DNA of 59,604 bases from Clostridia bacterium (GCA_022798895.1 JAAWNJ010000002.1:1-59604), one strand, 5' to 3'. Positions 1 to 10,340 are shown, counted from the first letter of the stretch. Notes: generated by a model not told the origin, from the letters alone. Numbers and translations: made by a program.

Positions 1-62
1 TCAAAATCTGGAGCATATGTACCAATTTTTACATTTCCGTTCATCATAATTTCATAATCCAT
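1..62 (-). CDS. N-terminal fragment of a CDS running off the window (possibly an AhpC/TSA-type peroxiredoxin)
   Basis: Complement ATG at 62 with a GAGGGGAG RBS upstream. MDYEIMMNGNVKIGTYAPDF... has the APDF motif typical of thiol peroxidases, but only 20 codons are visible. Confidence 0.3.
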   Translation of the reverse strand, partial: MDYEIMMNGNVKIGTYAPDF

Positions 63-170
63 AAAAACAAACTCCCCTCATTTCTTTTGTTATATCATAT
101 GAAATAAGTTCATTTTTGTTACATTTATCTCACTATATTCATATAATGTTTTATGAAAGAAGGTAGGAAT

Positions 171-1044
171 ATGAAAATAGGATTATGTTTAGCTCGGTGG
201 TGGAATAAAAGGTGCTGCCCATATTGGCGCATTAAAGGCTTTTGAAGAAGAAAACATACAATTTGACTATATCTCGGGAGCCTCCTCTGGAAGTATTGTA
301 GCAACACTATATGCAATTGGATATACTGCCGATGAAATATATCTATTATTTAAAAAATATGCTAAAAAAATAAAATATATTGAATGGAGCCATATTTTAA
401 AACTTATTTCAGGACTAGTTTTTAAAAGGCAAATTGTAATAAATGGCTTAAATAGTGGAAAATCAATAGAAAAAATAATGGAAAAAGCATGTTTAGAAAA
501 GGACATTTATAACATAAAAGCGGTTCCTAAAAATCTTATGGTTTCTAGTGTGGATTTAGATGATGGAACTGTATATATTTTTACTTCCCTTTCTAATCAA
601 ACTAAAGAAACAAGACAAAATTATTCTAATCATGTACAGTACATATACGATGCCCCTATTGCCAAAGTAGTAAGAGCTAGCTGTAGTTTTCCAGGTGTAT
701 TTTCACCATGCAATTATCAAGACCATAAATTAGTAGATGGCGGAATTAGAGAAAATGTTCCTTGGAAAGAACTAAAGGAAAATGGCGTTGACAAAGTAAT
801 TAGCATTGTGTTTCCTAAAAAATTAAAATGTAAAGAAAATAAAAATATCATTGACGTTATTAGTGGTTCTATAGAATTAATGGGGCAAGAACTTTCTAAT
901 TACGAGTTAGTGGGAGCAGATTATTTGTTAAAAATAAATACTATCAATACTCCATTATTAGACACTAGCAAAATGGAATATTTTTATCAAAGAGGTTATG
1001 AAGAAACAAAGAAAAAAATAAAAGAAATAAATTTTTTTCTATAA
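171..1044 (+). CDS. patatin-like phospholipase; needs +1 at in-frame CGG 195-197
   Basis: RBS AAGGTAGG then ATG 171. Frame 0 reads MKIGLCLA-CGG and stops at 243. Skipping C195 gives MKIGLCLAGGGIKGAAHIGALKAF...GASSGS...DGG, the patatin GGGxK, GxSxG and DG motifs. This reading is continuous with ORF 478..1044. Confidence 0.85.
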
Positions 1045-1062
1045 CTAAAAAATAAAACTCCT

Positions 1063-2548
1063 GAGACTATCGTAAAAGTTGTGTAAATCGGATATCCTTC
1101 CGATTGATAACTTGAAAAAATTGACACTTAAAATTTAATCATATTTTAATTACATTTTTCTAAAAAATCAATGCTTTAGAAAAATGTTGTGTAAATTTAA
1201 TAGGACTTAAGAATTTTTTCTTAAGCCTATTATTTTTTAGGCTTTATTTTTAGATTCTACCTTCATACATAATTTTGAATTGTGATAAGCAAATACCCCA
1301 GTTCTTTGCTCTCATAGACCATTTCTTTTCAGCTTTTAAAGTAGATAAATACAATACTTTAAGTAATGACATGTCAGTTGGAAATACATTCCTATTTCTA
1401 TTAATTCTTTTGTATGTACTATTTAAACTTTCTATTGCGTTTGTAGTATACATTACCTTTCGTATCTCAGCAGAAAATTTAAAGAAAACAGAAAGGACAT
1501 CCCAGTTATCAATCCAACTTTGAATTGCCCCTGGATATTTTGTTTTCCACTTTTCATCTAGTTCTAGAAGATTTGTATAGGCAAATTCCTCTGTAGATGC
1601 TTGATAAACAGTTTTTAAATCACGAGCAAGTTCTTTCTTGTCTGTATATGGAACATACTTTAAAGAATTCCTTATTTGATGCACAATGCACCTTTGATAT
1701 TCTGTTTTAGGATAAATTGCTGATATTGCTTCCTTTAGTCCAGTTAAGCCATCAGCACATAATACCAATATGTCTTGAACACCACGATTTTTTAATTCAT
1801 TTAATACTGTCATCCAATATTTAGCACTTTCGTTTTCGCCAATTGTAATTGTTAAGACCTTTTTCATTCCATCTTCATCAATTCCTAATACTACATAAGC
1901 AGTCTTTTTTACTATTTGACCATTATCTCTTACATGAAAATGAGTAGCATCTATGAAGATAATTGGATAAACTTTTTCAAGCTTTCTTTTTTGCCAATCT
2001 TGAATTTCAGGGATGATTTTATCAGTAATATCGCTAATCATATCAGTTGAAATATTGCAACCCAAAATTTCTTTTACTTGTTCTTGAATATCTTTGTCAG
2101 ATAATCCTAAAGCATACATAGAGATTATTTTTTCATCAAATCCATTTACAGTTCTAGAATATTTAGGAACTAAATCAGAATCAATTTCTCCATTTCTATC
2201 TCTAGGAACTTTGACAGGAATATCACCCATTTCAGTTGATACTGTTCTTTCAGGATAATATCCATTTCTAGAATTTTCATTGTTTGTTCTTTCATTCTTA
2301 GAGTATCCGCAATTTTGCTTCCATCTCAGCATCTAGTAGATTTTGAAAAGCAGGCGCAAAAAATTCCTTCCATGCTGCATACATATCACCCATGGATTTA
2401 ATATCTTTTGGATCATTCCTTCTAAAAAATTCTTCTACTAGTTCATTTTTTTCTTTTTCTACTTTTTTACCCATAGAAAAAATCCCTCCTTGATATTTTT
2501 ATATTTTATCACGGAAGGATTTATTTACACAACTTTTTCTATACTCTC
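1063..2548. mobile_element. IS256-family insertion sequence (~1.49 kb)
   Basis: Imperfect ~41-bp terminal inverted repeats: GAGACTATCGTAAAAGTTGTGTAAAT... at 1063 and its complement ending at 2548. They flank a Mutator-type transposase. No clear target-site duplication. Confidence 0.8.
1250..2474 (-). CDS. IS256-family transposase; needs +1 at CGG (complement of 2309-2307)
   Basis: RBS GGAGGG then ATG at 2474. MGKKVEKEKNELVEEFF...LLDAEMEAKL-CGG joins the 1250..2332 ORF (GYSKNERT...NSRNGY...DGLTGL...CIVHQIRNS) if the C is skipped. This restores the family LGY motif. Confidence 0.85.
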
Positions 2549-2604
2549 GGTTATAGATTAATTTGCCCAACTTAGTAAAAAAACATCAGTTATAGAGAAT
2601 GTAT

Positions 2605-3903
2605 TTATTGTTTTTTCTTTTTACTCTTCTTTACCTCAATACCTAATTCTTCAAATTTTTCTGCAATGGATGGAGCATTAGCAGTTAATTTTTTAATTGA
2701 TAAATCTTCTGCTTTATTATTCGCTAATCTTAAATTATTTTCACTAGACAATAAATTAGCTTTAATTTTTTGCAAATGATCTATAGATTTATCTATTTCT
2801 TCAATTGCTTTGACGAATTTTTCACTAGCCAATCTAAAGTTCTTTCCAAAAGCTTCTTTAAAATTATTCATATTTTCTTCAAAATTTGAAATATCTATAT
2901 TTTGATTTTGAATTTCAACTAATTGTCTCTTAGCTTCTAATGATTTTAGTGATGCCCCTCTCAAAATATTAATTATTGGAATAAAAGCTTGTGGCCTTAT
3001 AACATACATTTTTTCATATTTATGTGATACGTCTACTATTCCAGCATTATAAATTTCATTATCTTTTTCTAATAGTGATACTAATACTGCATATTCACAA
3101 TTCTTTTCTCGTCTATCTTTGTCTAATTCTTTAAAAAAATCCTCATTTTTATGTTTAGTTGCAGTTTCATCTGCTTCATTCTTCATTTCAAACATAATTG
3201 AAACATACTCAATACCATCTTCCGAATAATCTTTAAAGATAAAATCTCCTTTTGACCCTGTTTTGGCATCATTATCTTTTTCAAAATAAGCATTACTTAA
3301 AACTGGTCTCAAATATGTATTATATTCAATATTACAATGTTGTTCTAAAGACTCTCCAATCATTTTAGTTGATAATTTCATTTTCATATCTTTATACAAT
3401 TGAATTTCTTGATCCTTGCCTTTTAATTTACTTTCATAATTATCTTTTAACCCTTGCTCTTTTAATTGATACTCTTTTTCACTTAACTCTAACTTGCTAT
3501 TTAATTTGTTAATTTCATCCATTTTTTCTTGAACTATTTTTTGCAATTTCAACTCATGCTCAGAGTCTTTTTGCTTTAAATTGTTTTTTAATTGTTGAAT
3601 TTCTTTATCTCTTTCAACTAATTCTTTGTCAAACTTTTTAGAAACTTCAAGTTCTTTTTTCTCTAAATCGCTTTTTAACCTATCTATTTCTTTATCTTTG
3701 TTTGATAAAGACATGTTGTTCTTTAAAGTTAAATCTTTTTCTAAAAGTTCAAGTTCGCTATTTTTTTCTTTAGAAAATTCTTTTTCTCTTCTTTCTAGTT
3801 CTTCTTCAAATTCATGATTACGAATCTGTTTTACAATAGAATCATAATCTTTCTCATCAATTTGAAAAATTTTACCACAACTAGGGCATTTGATTTCATT
3901 CAT
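2605..3903 (-). CDS. DUF2130-type coiled-coil protein with N-terminal zinc ribbon
   Basis: GGAGG RBS before MNEIKCPSCGKIFQIDE at 3903. Long E/K-rich coiled coil, then a globular C-terminal domain. Confidence 0.6.
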   Translation of the reverse strand: MNEIKCPSCGKIFQIDEKDYDSIVKQIRNHEFEEELERREKEFSKEKNSELELLEKDLTLKNNMSLSNKDKEIDRLKSDLEKKELEVSKKFDKELVERDKEIQQLKNNLKQKDSEHELKLQKIVQEKMDEINKLNSKLELSEKEYQLKEQGLKDNYESKLKGKDQEIQLYKDMKMKLSTKMIGESLEQHCNIEYNTYLRPVLSNAYFEKDNDAKTGSKGDFIFKDYSEDGIEYVSIMFEMKNEADETATKHKNEDFFKELDKDRREKNCEYAVLVSLLEKDNEIYNAGIVDVSHKYEKMYVIRPQAFIPIINILRGASLKSLEAKRQLVEIQNQNIDISNFEENMNNFKEAFGKNFRLASEKFVKAIEEIDKSIDHLQKIKANLLSSENNLRLANNKAEDLSIKKLTANAPSIAEKFEELGIEVKKSKKKKQ

Positions 3904-3994
3904 TAAAATTACCTCCTTTTTATTTTTGATATTAAATGATGCAAAATAAATATTCAAGATACCTAATTGAAATATTAGTAATGTTTTTCATTTT

Positions 3995-4741
3995 CTATTC
4001 TTCCCCTAAAAATCTATGTAATAACTGTTCCCTACATTTTTCTTCAAAAGTATCATCTAATGGCTCTAATTCTATTTTCTCTTCATACTTTCTTTCTAAT
4101 GCATATTGTATAATATAGTCTGTAATATCTGGATTTTTAGATAATAAAGTTCCATGAATATATGTCGCAATTACATTTTCCACCATAAAGCCCTCTTCTG
4201 TTGCTCCAAAGGCATTTCCCTGTCCTTTTAACACTTTTCCAAAAGAACTAGTTACATCTTTGGTTTGCCCACCATGATTTTCATAACCAATTACCTTGGT
4301 CTGCTTTCCATTTAGTTCAGTTTGTATTACTACATTTCCTATACATCTTTTATTTCTATCTTGAATAGCTTCTGTATAAAAGTCAAATATTTCTAAGCCT
4401 GGTATCATGTCTCCTTCCACGCCTTTGTAGTATTTGCCAAATAATTGATAAGAACCACAAACTAGTAAAAAGAATACTCCCTGTTCTACTGCTTTTTTGA
4501 TATCTTCTTTATACTGCATCATATCAACAGCTACTAATGCTTGTTCCTTGTCTGCTCCTCCACCTGAAAACACAATATCATAGTCACAGAAATTTGGTGC
4601 TTGTCCATCTAAATAGTGATGGTCAATTTGAACTGTAATTCCTCTTTTTTCTGCACGATATTTTAAAGCTTGAATATTTCCCCTATCACCATATAAATTT
4701 AGCATATCTGGATATAAGTATAAAATTTTAATTTCCCTCAT
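3995..4741 (-). CDS. gatD: lipid II isoglutaminyl synthase, glutaminase subunit GatD (CobB/CobQ-like GATase)
   Basis: 248 aa, LYLYPDMLNLYGDRGN...LLVCGSYQLFG...GYENHGG. Lies immediately downstream of murT, the conserved pair. Confidence 0.8.
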   Translation of the reverse strand: MREIKILYLYPDMLNLYGDRGNIQALKYRAEKRGITVQIDHHYLDGQAPNFCDYDIVFSGGGADKEQALVAVDMMQYKEDIKKAVEQGVFFLLVCGSYQLFGKYYKGVEGDMIPGLEIFDFYTEAIQDRNKRCIGNVVIQTELNGKQTKVIGYENHGGQTKDVTSSFGKVLKGQGNAFGATEEGFMVENVIATYIHGTLLSKNPDITDYIIQYALERKYEEKIELEPLDDTFEEKCREQLLHRFLGEE

Positions 4742-4751
4742 CTTTTTCTCC

Positions 4752-6083
4752 CTACTTTCTGTGAGACTTTTGGTAATCTAGTATTTCCTTTCTTGTTTCT
4801 TGAATGGCTGTATAGTTTGCAATAACATATTTTGTATTTTGTGTTTCATATAATTTATCAACCGCTTCCTTAATACTAGTGCAAGGAATAATTTTCTCTG
4901 GTGGATAACCCGCTGTTTTAATTCTAATAGCTGCATCATAAGGACGCAACCCCGCTGTAATTACTCGTTCTATATTTTCTAATTTTTCAAAGTCAATATC
5001 CCAAATCCAAGAAACATCTTTGCCATCTGGTACATTATCATTTAAAACAAACAATAATTCTTTTGGATTAGGATCTTTTTGCAAAAATCGCAAACTGACG
5101 TTAACTCCTGTAGGGTTTTTTGCTAAATTAATTATTGTTTTGCTTTTGTTAACTTCTAATTTTTCTAATCTACCATTATTTAATACAAATTTCTCAATGG
5201 TTTGTTTTACTGACTCTTCTGGAATTTCATATAGTTTAGCAACAGATGTAGCCGCTGCTAAATCATAGAAAGCATATAAACTATCATATTGTGTTTTGTA
5301 ATCGTTCTCTCCAATTCTAAAAGTCCCATTTTCCACATTAATTTGTGTTAACAACTGATAAATATCTTCTTTACCATAATGACAGTCTGGACATTCAAAC
5401 TTGCCTACATGAGCATATTGATAATATTCATAATGCAATTTTGTTCTGCAGAATGGACAATAAGTTCCTTCTGCTGCTTCACGTAGTTCTTCTGTCGATT
5501 CGGCACATTTTTCTACTGAATAGAAAAATATATGGTCATTTTTTGGATTTGCTTTAGAAAGTCTGCTAACATTTGGGTCATCTGCATTTAAAATTAAATT
5601 TCCATTGTATGTTTCTAAAAATTTTTGAATTTTTAAAACGAGAGTTTCCATTTCTCCATTTCTATCTAATTGATCTCTAAAAAAATTCAAAACTACTAAA
5701 CAGTCTAAGGGAATTTTTTGATATAACACTGGTACATAGCTTTCATCTGTCTCAAATACTAAATAGTCGCTATCTATTTTTCCTGTTAAAGAACTGTTTT
5801 TAATTAAGGCAGATAATATTCCTGTTTCCATATTGTTTCCTTGTAAATTACTGACTATCTTTTTTCCACTATCTTTTAATATTTGAGCAATACAGTTATT
5901 TGTCATAGTCTTTCCATTTGTTCCTGTAACAGCAATTACTTTGCCTGTTATTTTAAAATAGTCTAAAATAGATTTATCCCATTTTAAAGCTAGGTTACCT
6001 GGCAAATTGCCTGCATTTTTTCCTAATATTTTCAACATTTTTGCAATTAGTTTTGTTATAACAATAATCAAAAATTTTTTCAT
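4752..6083 (-). CDS. murT: lipid II isoglutaminyl synthase, Mur-ligase-like subunit MurT
   Basis: 443 aa with the Mur ligase P-loop VTGTNGKT, a Cys4 ribbon (CPFC...CPDC) and a DUF1727-like C-terminus. Adjacent to gatD. Confidence 0.85.
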   Translation of the reverse strand: MKKFLIIVITKLIAKMLKILGKNAGNLPGNLALKWDKSILDYFKITGKVIAVTGTNGKTMTNNCIAQILKDSGKKIVSNLQGNNMETGILSALIKNSSLTGKIDSDYLVFETDESYVPVLYQKIPLDCLVVLNFFRDQLDRNGEMETLVLKIQKFLETYNGNLILNADDPNVSRLSKANPKNDHIFFYSVEKCAESTEELREAAEGTYCPFCRTKLHYEYYQYAHVGKFECPDCHYGKEDIYQLLTQINVENGTFRIGENDYKTQYDSLYAFYDLAAATSVAKLYEIPEESVKQTIEKFVLNNGRLEKLEVNKSKTIINLAKNPTGVNVSLRFLQKDPNPKELLFVLNDNVPDGKDVSWIWDIDFEKLENIERVITAGLRPYDAAIRIKTAGYPPEKIIPCTSIKEAVDKLYETQNTKYVIANYTAIQETRKEILDYQKSHRK

Positions 6084-6279
6084 TCTTTTCTAGATATGGC
6101 TGCTGTTAGGCAAAACCTCTCCCTTTCTTAAATAATTTTAATTTATTGTTATTTTACTATATTGTTTCTAATTATTCAATATCCTTTTTTCTTTTAACTT
6201 CATATAAAATTTTAGCTTTTTCACTAACTTTTTCTTCATTTTTTGCATTTTTTTTCAAAATGTGGTATAATATAAAGTA

Positions 6280-6510
6280 TCCTTAAAATTTAGGAGGTAT
6301 GTCATTATGGAAACGAAGTGTCCCGAGCATTGTAATCGGAGGAAAGGTGTGACCACTGGTGCCATCTGTCCTTGGAATTACAATTTCAGCAAATGTCCCT
6401 TTTACAAACTGGACAGGCATTTCCTCCTCGTTACTTCTGACGAGGGCGTGAAGGAATTCAACACAAGTACCAAATGACAAAAGGGGACCAATGGTCCCCC
6501 TTTTATTTTT
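6280..6510 (+). ncRNA. candidate stand-alone structured small RNA (identity unknown; 6S-like length)
   Basis: Extended -10 (TGTGGTATAAT, 6261-6271) upstream. The ~200-nt stretch is much more GC-rich than its surroundings and has nested helices (GGAGGAAA 6338 / TTTCCTCC 6421; CTGTCC/GGACAG; CTCGT/ACGAG). It ends in a strong terminator with no downstream plus-strand gene. Confidence 0.3.
6481..6510. terminator. bidirectional rho-independent terminator
   Basis: GGGGACC-AAT-GGTCCCC hairpin flanked by an A-run and a T-run. Sits between the sRNA candidate (+) and the stop of the aminopeptidase gene (-). Confidence 0.7.
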
Positions 6511-6517
6511 TATTAAC

Positions 6518-7927
6518 TTATGCATTCTTCCAAAATGCTTCATAAGCACGATATGCTTCATATAAATCTAATTTACTTGTCACTTCATAAGGTGAGTGCA
6601 TAGAAAGCACTGGTACTCCGCAGTCAATTACATCAATACCTTTGTTAGCTAGAATATAGGCAATAGTTCCTCCACCGCCAATATCAACTTTTCCAAGTTC
6701 AGCTATTTGATATGCAATATGATTTTGCTCAAAAATTCTTCTTACTTCTGCTACAAATTCTGCATTAGCATCAGAAGCTCCTGATTTTCCTCTTGCTCCA
6801 GTATATTTATTTAATCCAATTCCCCTTCCTAAAAAAGATGCATTATTTTTCTCTGATACATTACTGTATATAGGGTCTAAGCCAGCATCTACATCGGCTG
6901 ACAACATTTTCGAATTACAAAATACTTTTTCTAGTAGGTTCGGCCTATTAACTCCCATTCTATTCAATAATTCAGAAATAAAGGTATCAAATACGTGTGA
7001 TTCCATCCCTGTGTTTCCCATACTTCCTATTTCTTCTTTATCTGAAATAATACAAACCGCTGTCTTCTTTGGACTTTCTATATTCATTAATGCAGTTAAC
7101 GAACTATATACACAAATTTTGTCATCTTGCCCATATCCTGCTATCATACTATTATCAAATCCCATACCTCTACATGGCATCGCTGGTACTAACTCTAATT
7201 CTGAACTTAACAAATCTGCTTCTATAATACCATATTTCTCATTCAAAATAGATAATACATTTAGTTTTACTTTCTCAGACACATCACTATCAAATGGAAT
7301 ACTTCCTATCAATAAATTTAAATCTTCGCCTTCTATAACTTCAGTTGCTTTTTTCTTCATTTGGTCTTGTGCTAAGTGTGGCAACAAGTCTGTAATTGTA
7401 AAAATTGGGTCACTTAGTTCTTCACCTATACAAACTTTTACTTTTTCGCCATTTGTTTTCACAATTACTCCATGAATAGCAAGTGGTATCGCTGTCCATT
7501 GATATTTTTTAATTCCTCCATAATAGTGAGTTTTGAAATAAGCAAATTCTGTATCTTCATATAAAGGATTTGGCTTTAAATCTAATCTTGGTGAATCTGC
7601 ATGTGAACCAATAATGTTTAATCCATTTTCTAATGCCTCTTGTCCAATTACAGCTAAATACATGCTTTTTTCGTGATTAATATAATATACTTTATCTCCT
7701 GCTTTCAAATTCTCGAAATTATTTATATCTTGGAATCCATGCTCTTCTGCTATCTTTTTAGAATTTTCAACTATTTCTCTCTCCGTCTTTGAAATATTCA
7801 TATAGTCAATATATCCTTTAGCATAATCTAAAATTTCATTTTTCTCTTCTGCTGATTTAAATCTCCAACCATTCTCTTTTTGGTTGAATAATCTTTTCTT
7901 TAAATCTTCTGCTTCTTTTTTGTCCAT
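6518..7927 (-). CDS. M18-family aminopeptidase (aminopeptidase 1)
   Basis: 469 aa, GSHADSPRLDLKPNP...HYYGGIKKYQW...SDKEEIGS...SMHSPYE, typical of M18 zinc aminopeptidases. Confidence 0.85.
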   Translation of the reverse strand: MDKKEAEDLKKRLFNQKENGWRFKSAEEKNEILDYAKGYIDYMNISKTEREIVENSKKIAEEHGFQDINNFENLKAGDKVYYINHEKSMYLAVIGQEALENGLNIIGSHADSPRLDLKPNPLYEDTEFAYFKTHYYGGIKKYQWTAIPLAIHGVIVKTNGEKVKVCIGEELSDPIFTITDLLPHLAQDQMKKKATEVIEGEDLNLLIGSIPFDSDVSEKVKLNVLSILNEKYGIIEADLLSSELELVPAMPCRGMGFDNSMIAGYGQDDKICVYSSLTALMNIESPKKTAVCIISDKEEIGSMGNTGMESHVFDTFISELLNRMGVNRPNLLEKVFCNSKMLSADVDAGLDPIYSNVSEKNNASFLGRGIGLNKYTGARGKSGASDANAEFVAEVRRIFEQNHIAYQIAELGKVDIGGGGTIAYILANKGIDVIDCGVPVLSMHSPYEVTSKLDLYEAYRAYEAFWKNA

Positions 7928-8066
7928 TGCTTTTTCTCCTTCCTAATTTTAATGACTTCATTTTATCATATTATTTCAATTTTAGAATACCCATTTTATA
8001 TTTTTTTATGTATTTTTGTAATATTCTATAAAAAATAAAAATAATATCTTATAATAGGTGATTTTT

Positions 8067-9015
8067 ATGAGAGAAAATAGTAAAGAAGATATCATCCAAA
8101 TAGTTCCAACCAATCGAAAATATCATTATGATTTAATGCAGCAAAATATTAGAGAATTAAAAAGAGCATATCCTTTTTTAGAGATTAAAACAGCAGGCTA
8201 TAGTGTTTTAGGCAAGCCAATTCCTTATATTAAAATTGGAAATGGAGAAAAGCAAGTTTTATACCATGCAAGCATTCATGCAAATGAATGGATTACATCT
8301 GTACTCCTAATGAAATTTATCGAGAATTTTTGCAAAGCTTACATTTTTAATCAAACATTACAAGGATATTCTGTCCGTGAGTTATTCAAGAATATTTCTT
8401 TATATATTATTCCAATGGTAAATCCAGATGGAGTAGATTTGGTAACAGGAAATGTCGACCCAAAAAGCAAAATATATCAAAATTATGTAGATATTGCTTA
8501 CAAATTTTCAAATATACCATTTCCAAATGGATGGAAAGCAAATTTCAATGGTGTAGATTTAAACTTACAATTTCCAGCAGAATGGAAAAGTGCCAAAAAG
8601 ATTAAATTTGCACAAGGCTTCACAACCCCAGCACCACGAGATTTTGTAGGAGAAGGACCTCTTACACAACCAGAAGCCTTCATGTTATATGATTTTACTC
8701 TTGCCCACAATTTTTCTTTAACAATTTCTTATCATACTCAAGGACAAGAAATTTATTGGGATTTTCAAAATATTAATCCTCCAAGAGGATATGAAATAGG
8801 ACAGAAATTTTCTAAATTAAGTGGATATAGTTTAGAAGAAGTACCATATAATTCTAGTTTTGCAGGATATAAAGATTGGTATATCCAGGACTATAATAGA
8901 CCTGGATATACAATAGAAGCTGGAATCCGGTGAGAATCCATTACCAATTTTTCAATTTGAACAGATTTATCAAGAAAATGAAGGAATTTTAATATATGGA
9001 ATGATGCTTGCCTAG
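8067..9015 (+). CDS. M14-family zinc peptidase (gamma-D-glutamyl-diamino acid endopeptidase-like); needs +1 at CGG 8928-8930
   Basis: HASIHANEW...NPDG zinc-carboxypeptidase motifs. Frame 0 ends ...YTIEAGI-CGG-TGA. Skipping C8928 gives ...EAGIGENPLPIFQFEQIYQENEGILIYGMMLA* ending at 9015. Confidence 0.8.
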
Positions 9016-9020
9016 TCAAA

Positions 9021-9056
9021 AGAGGATGTCCTTTATTTTAGGACACCCTCTTTGAT
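9021..9056. terminator. rho-independent terminator between convergent genes
   Basis: AGAGGATGTCC / GGACACCCTCT hairpin followed by a T-rich tract. Confidence 0.6.
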
Positions 9057-9091
9057 TATTGAATTCTCTAATTTGAATTCAAAATGAAAAA

Positions 9092-10033
9092 CTATAATTT
9101 TAGTGCTGCTGATGCTGGTAACCATTGACCATAAAAAATATGAGCAACATATTGAAAGCTGACTGGTACTAAATTAATTCTACGCTTTCTGGCTTCAGCA
9201 GAGCTAATCCACATGGTATGGTGAAACAATGCTCCCTCTTTATAATAGGTATCATCTAGTTGTAAGTTATATTGTTCATTACGAAGTTCTGTTACAGCTT
9301 TCAATAGAAAGTAAGTAACTTGGCTCCCACTGAGAGCTAAATCAACTGCTTCTTGTACAGAAGCAGAAGCTTCTGTGACTTCCATTCCAGTATAATCATA
9401 GACATGAAGTTTTCCATCAGATTTTCTTTTTGCTGAATAGCCCATTAAGATAGTGTCAATGTCTGGGCCAAAAGGCTCACCGCAACGAATACGTCCCACA
9501 ATGTCCTCTGCGACCATTAATTGTCCAAGAAATGGCTGATTACCAGATTCGGCTTGAACTAATAAGCATATAATAGTCCGATAATAGTCAGAGGTCTCAT
9601 ATGAAAACGCTGGATTGATAGCAGAGCTCAAATCCACTACGATATCGTCTTCTGATATTTTTTCCTCAAGGACGACTGGTACCCAATAGAACCTAGAGCT
9701 TATGTTATTCTCTGGATGAATGTATAAATATGCTGGAATAGGAGATGGTACAGGGACCTCAAGTTCTTCAAGAGACGAGTATACATCCTCTTTTTTAGAT
9801 TTGATCTGTTCTCCTACAAAAAACAGAGATTTGTGCTCAATGCAGTTAGAGGAAGACTTGGCAGTCTGTGAAGCATACATGGAAGTCATTTTCGGCATTG
9901 TCAAAACAAAGACCACTATGAGAATAGCACATGCGAACAGAGCTGTCATCAAAAATTTACAAAAGATATCCTGCATCTTTCGTAAATTCTTGATAGAACT
10001 TAATCTAGTAGGTTCCCTCAAATAGTTTTCCAT
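9092..10033 (-). CDS. membrane-anchored protein with SleB-like cell-wall hydrolase domain (GC-richer than neighbours)
   Basis: GGAGGA RBS before MENYLREP... at 10033. One TM segment. The C-terminal LVQAESGNQPFLGQLMVAEDIVGRIR...DTIL resembles the Hydrolase_2/SleB fold. Contains an in-frame CGG (9580-9578) read as Arg without a frame change. Confidence 0.45.
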   Translation of the reverse strand: MENYLREPTRLSSIKNLRKMQDIFCKFLMTALFACAILIVVFVLTMPKMTSMYASQTAKSSSNCIEHKSLFFVGEQIKSKKEDVYSSLEELEVPVPSPIPAYLYIHPENNISSRFYWVPVVLEEKISEDDIVVDLSSAINPAFSYETSDYYRTIICLLVQAESGNQPFLGQLMVAEDIVGRIRCGEPFGPDIDTILMGYSAKRKSDGKLHVYDYTGMEVTEASASVQEAVDLALSGSQVTYFLLKAVTELRNEQYNLQLDDTYYKEGALFHHTMWISSAEARKRRINLVPVSFQYVAHIFYGQWLPASAALKL

Positions 10034-10140
10034 AGTTTTTTCCTCCAGTTTTAATAAAATGACTGAAATATATGTAAATACCACAAAGGTAATCTTATTT
10101 ATTATAGCAGATAACGCAATAATTTGCAACTAAAAACTGA

Positions 10141-10180
10141 TGAAATTCTTCTGAAATTCTTCTGAAATTCTTCTGAAAAT
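10141..10180. repeat. 11-bp tandem repeat TGAAATTCTTC x3.6
   Basis: Three perfect units plus a partial one, in the intergenic region between the 9092..10033 gene and the tRNA promoter. Confidence 0.9.
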
Positions 10181-10214
10181 AACATAGAAATTTCAAAAAT
10201 TTAAAAAAAATATA

Positions 10215-10243
10215 TTGCAAAGCACAAAAAATTGTGATATAGT
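10215..10243 (+). promoter_or_regulatory. sigma-A-type promoter for the tRNA cluster
   Basis: TTGCAA, 17-nt spacer, TGaTATAGT (extended -10). Lies ~20 nt upstream of tRNA-Pro. Confidence 0.5.
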
Positions 10244-10264
10244 ATATAGGTAGTTGTGAGAAAT

Positions 10265-10340
10265 CGAGGCGTAGCGCAGTTGGTAGCGCGCGTGGTTTGG
10301 GACCATGAGGTCGCAGGTTCGATCCCTGTCGCCTCGACCA
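10265..10340 (+). tRNA. tRNA-Pro (anticodon TGG)
   Basis: 76-nt cloverleaf: acceptor CGAGGCG/CGCCTCG, anticodon loop TT-TGG-GA, T-arm GCAGG-TTCGATC-CCTGT, encoded CCA. Confidence 0.9.

Noticed and set aside
125-506. Minus-strand ORFs 125..316 and 267..506
   Set aside because: They are antisense to the patatin-like gene, whose motifs are unambiguous on the plus strand.
6307-6477. 56-codon Cys-rich ORF with a good RBS as a protein-coding gene
   Set aside because: No family recognised. The locus has strong RNA-like nested pairing and an orphan promoter/terminator. The ORF contains an in-frame CGG that would truncate it to 14 codons if the +1 rule holds. It is kept only as the alternative reading of the sRNA candidate.
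6283-6561. 92-aa minus-strand ORF
   Set aside because: It lies antisense to the structured-RNA locus and overlaps the 3' end of the aminopeptidase gene. It has no RBS and looks like a by-product of local GC richness.
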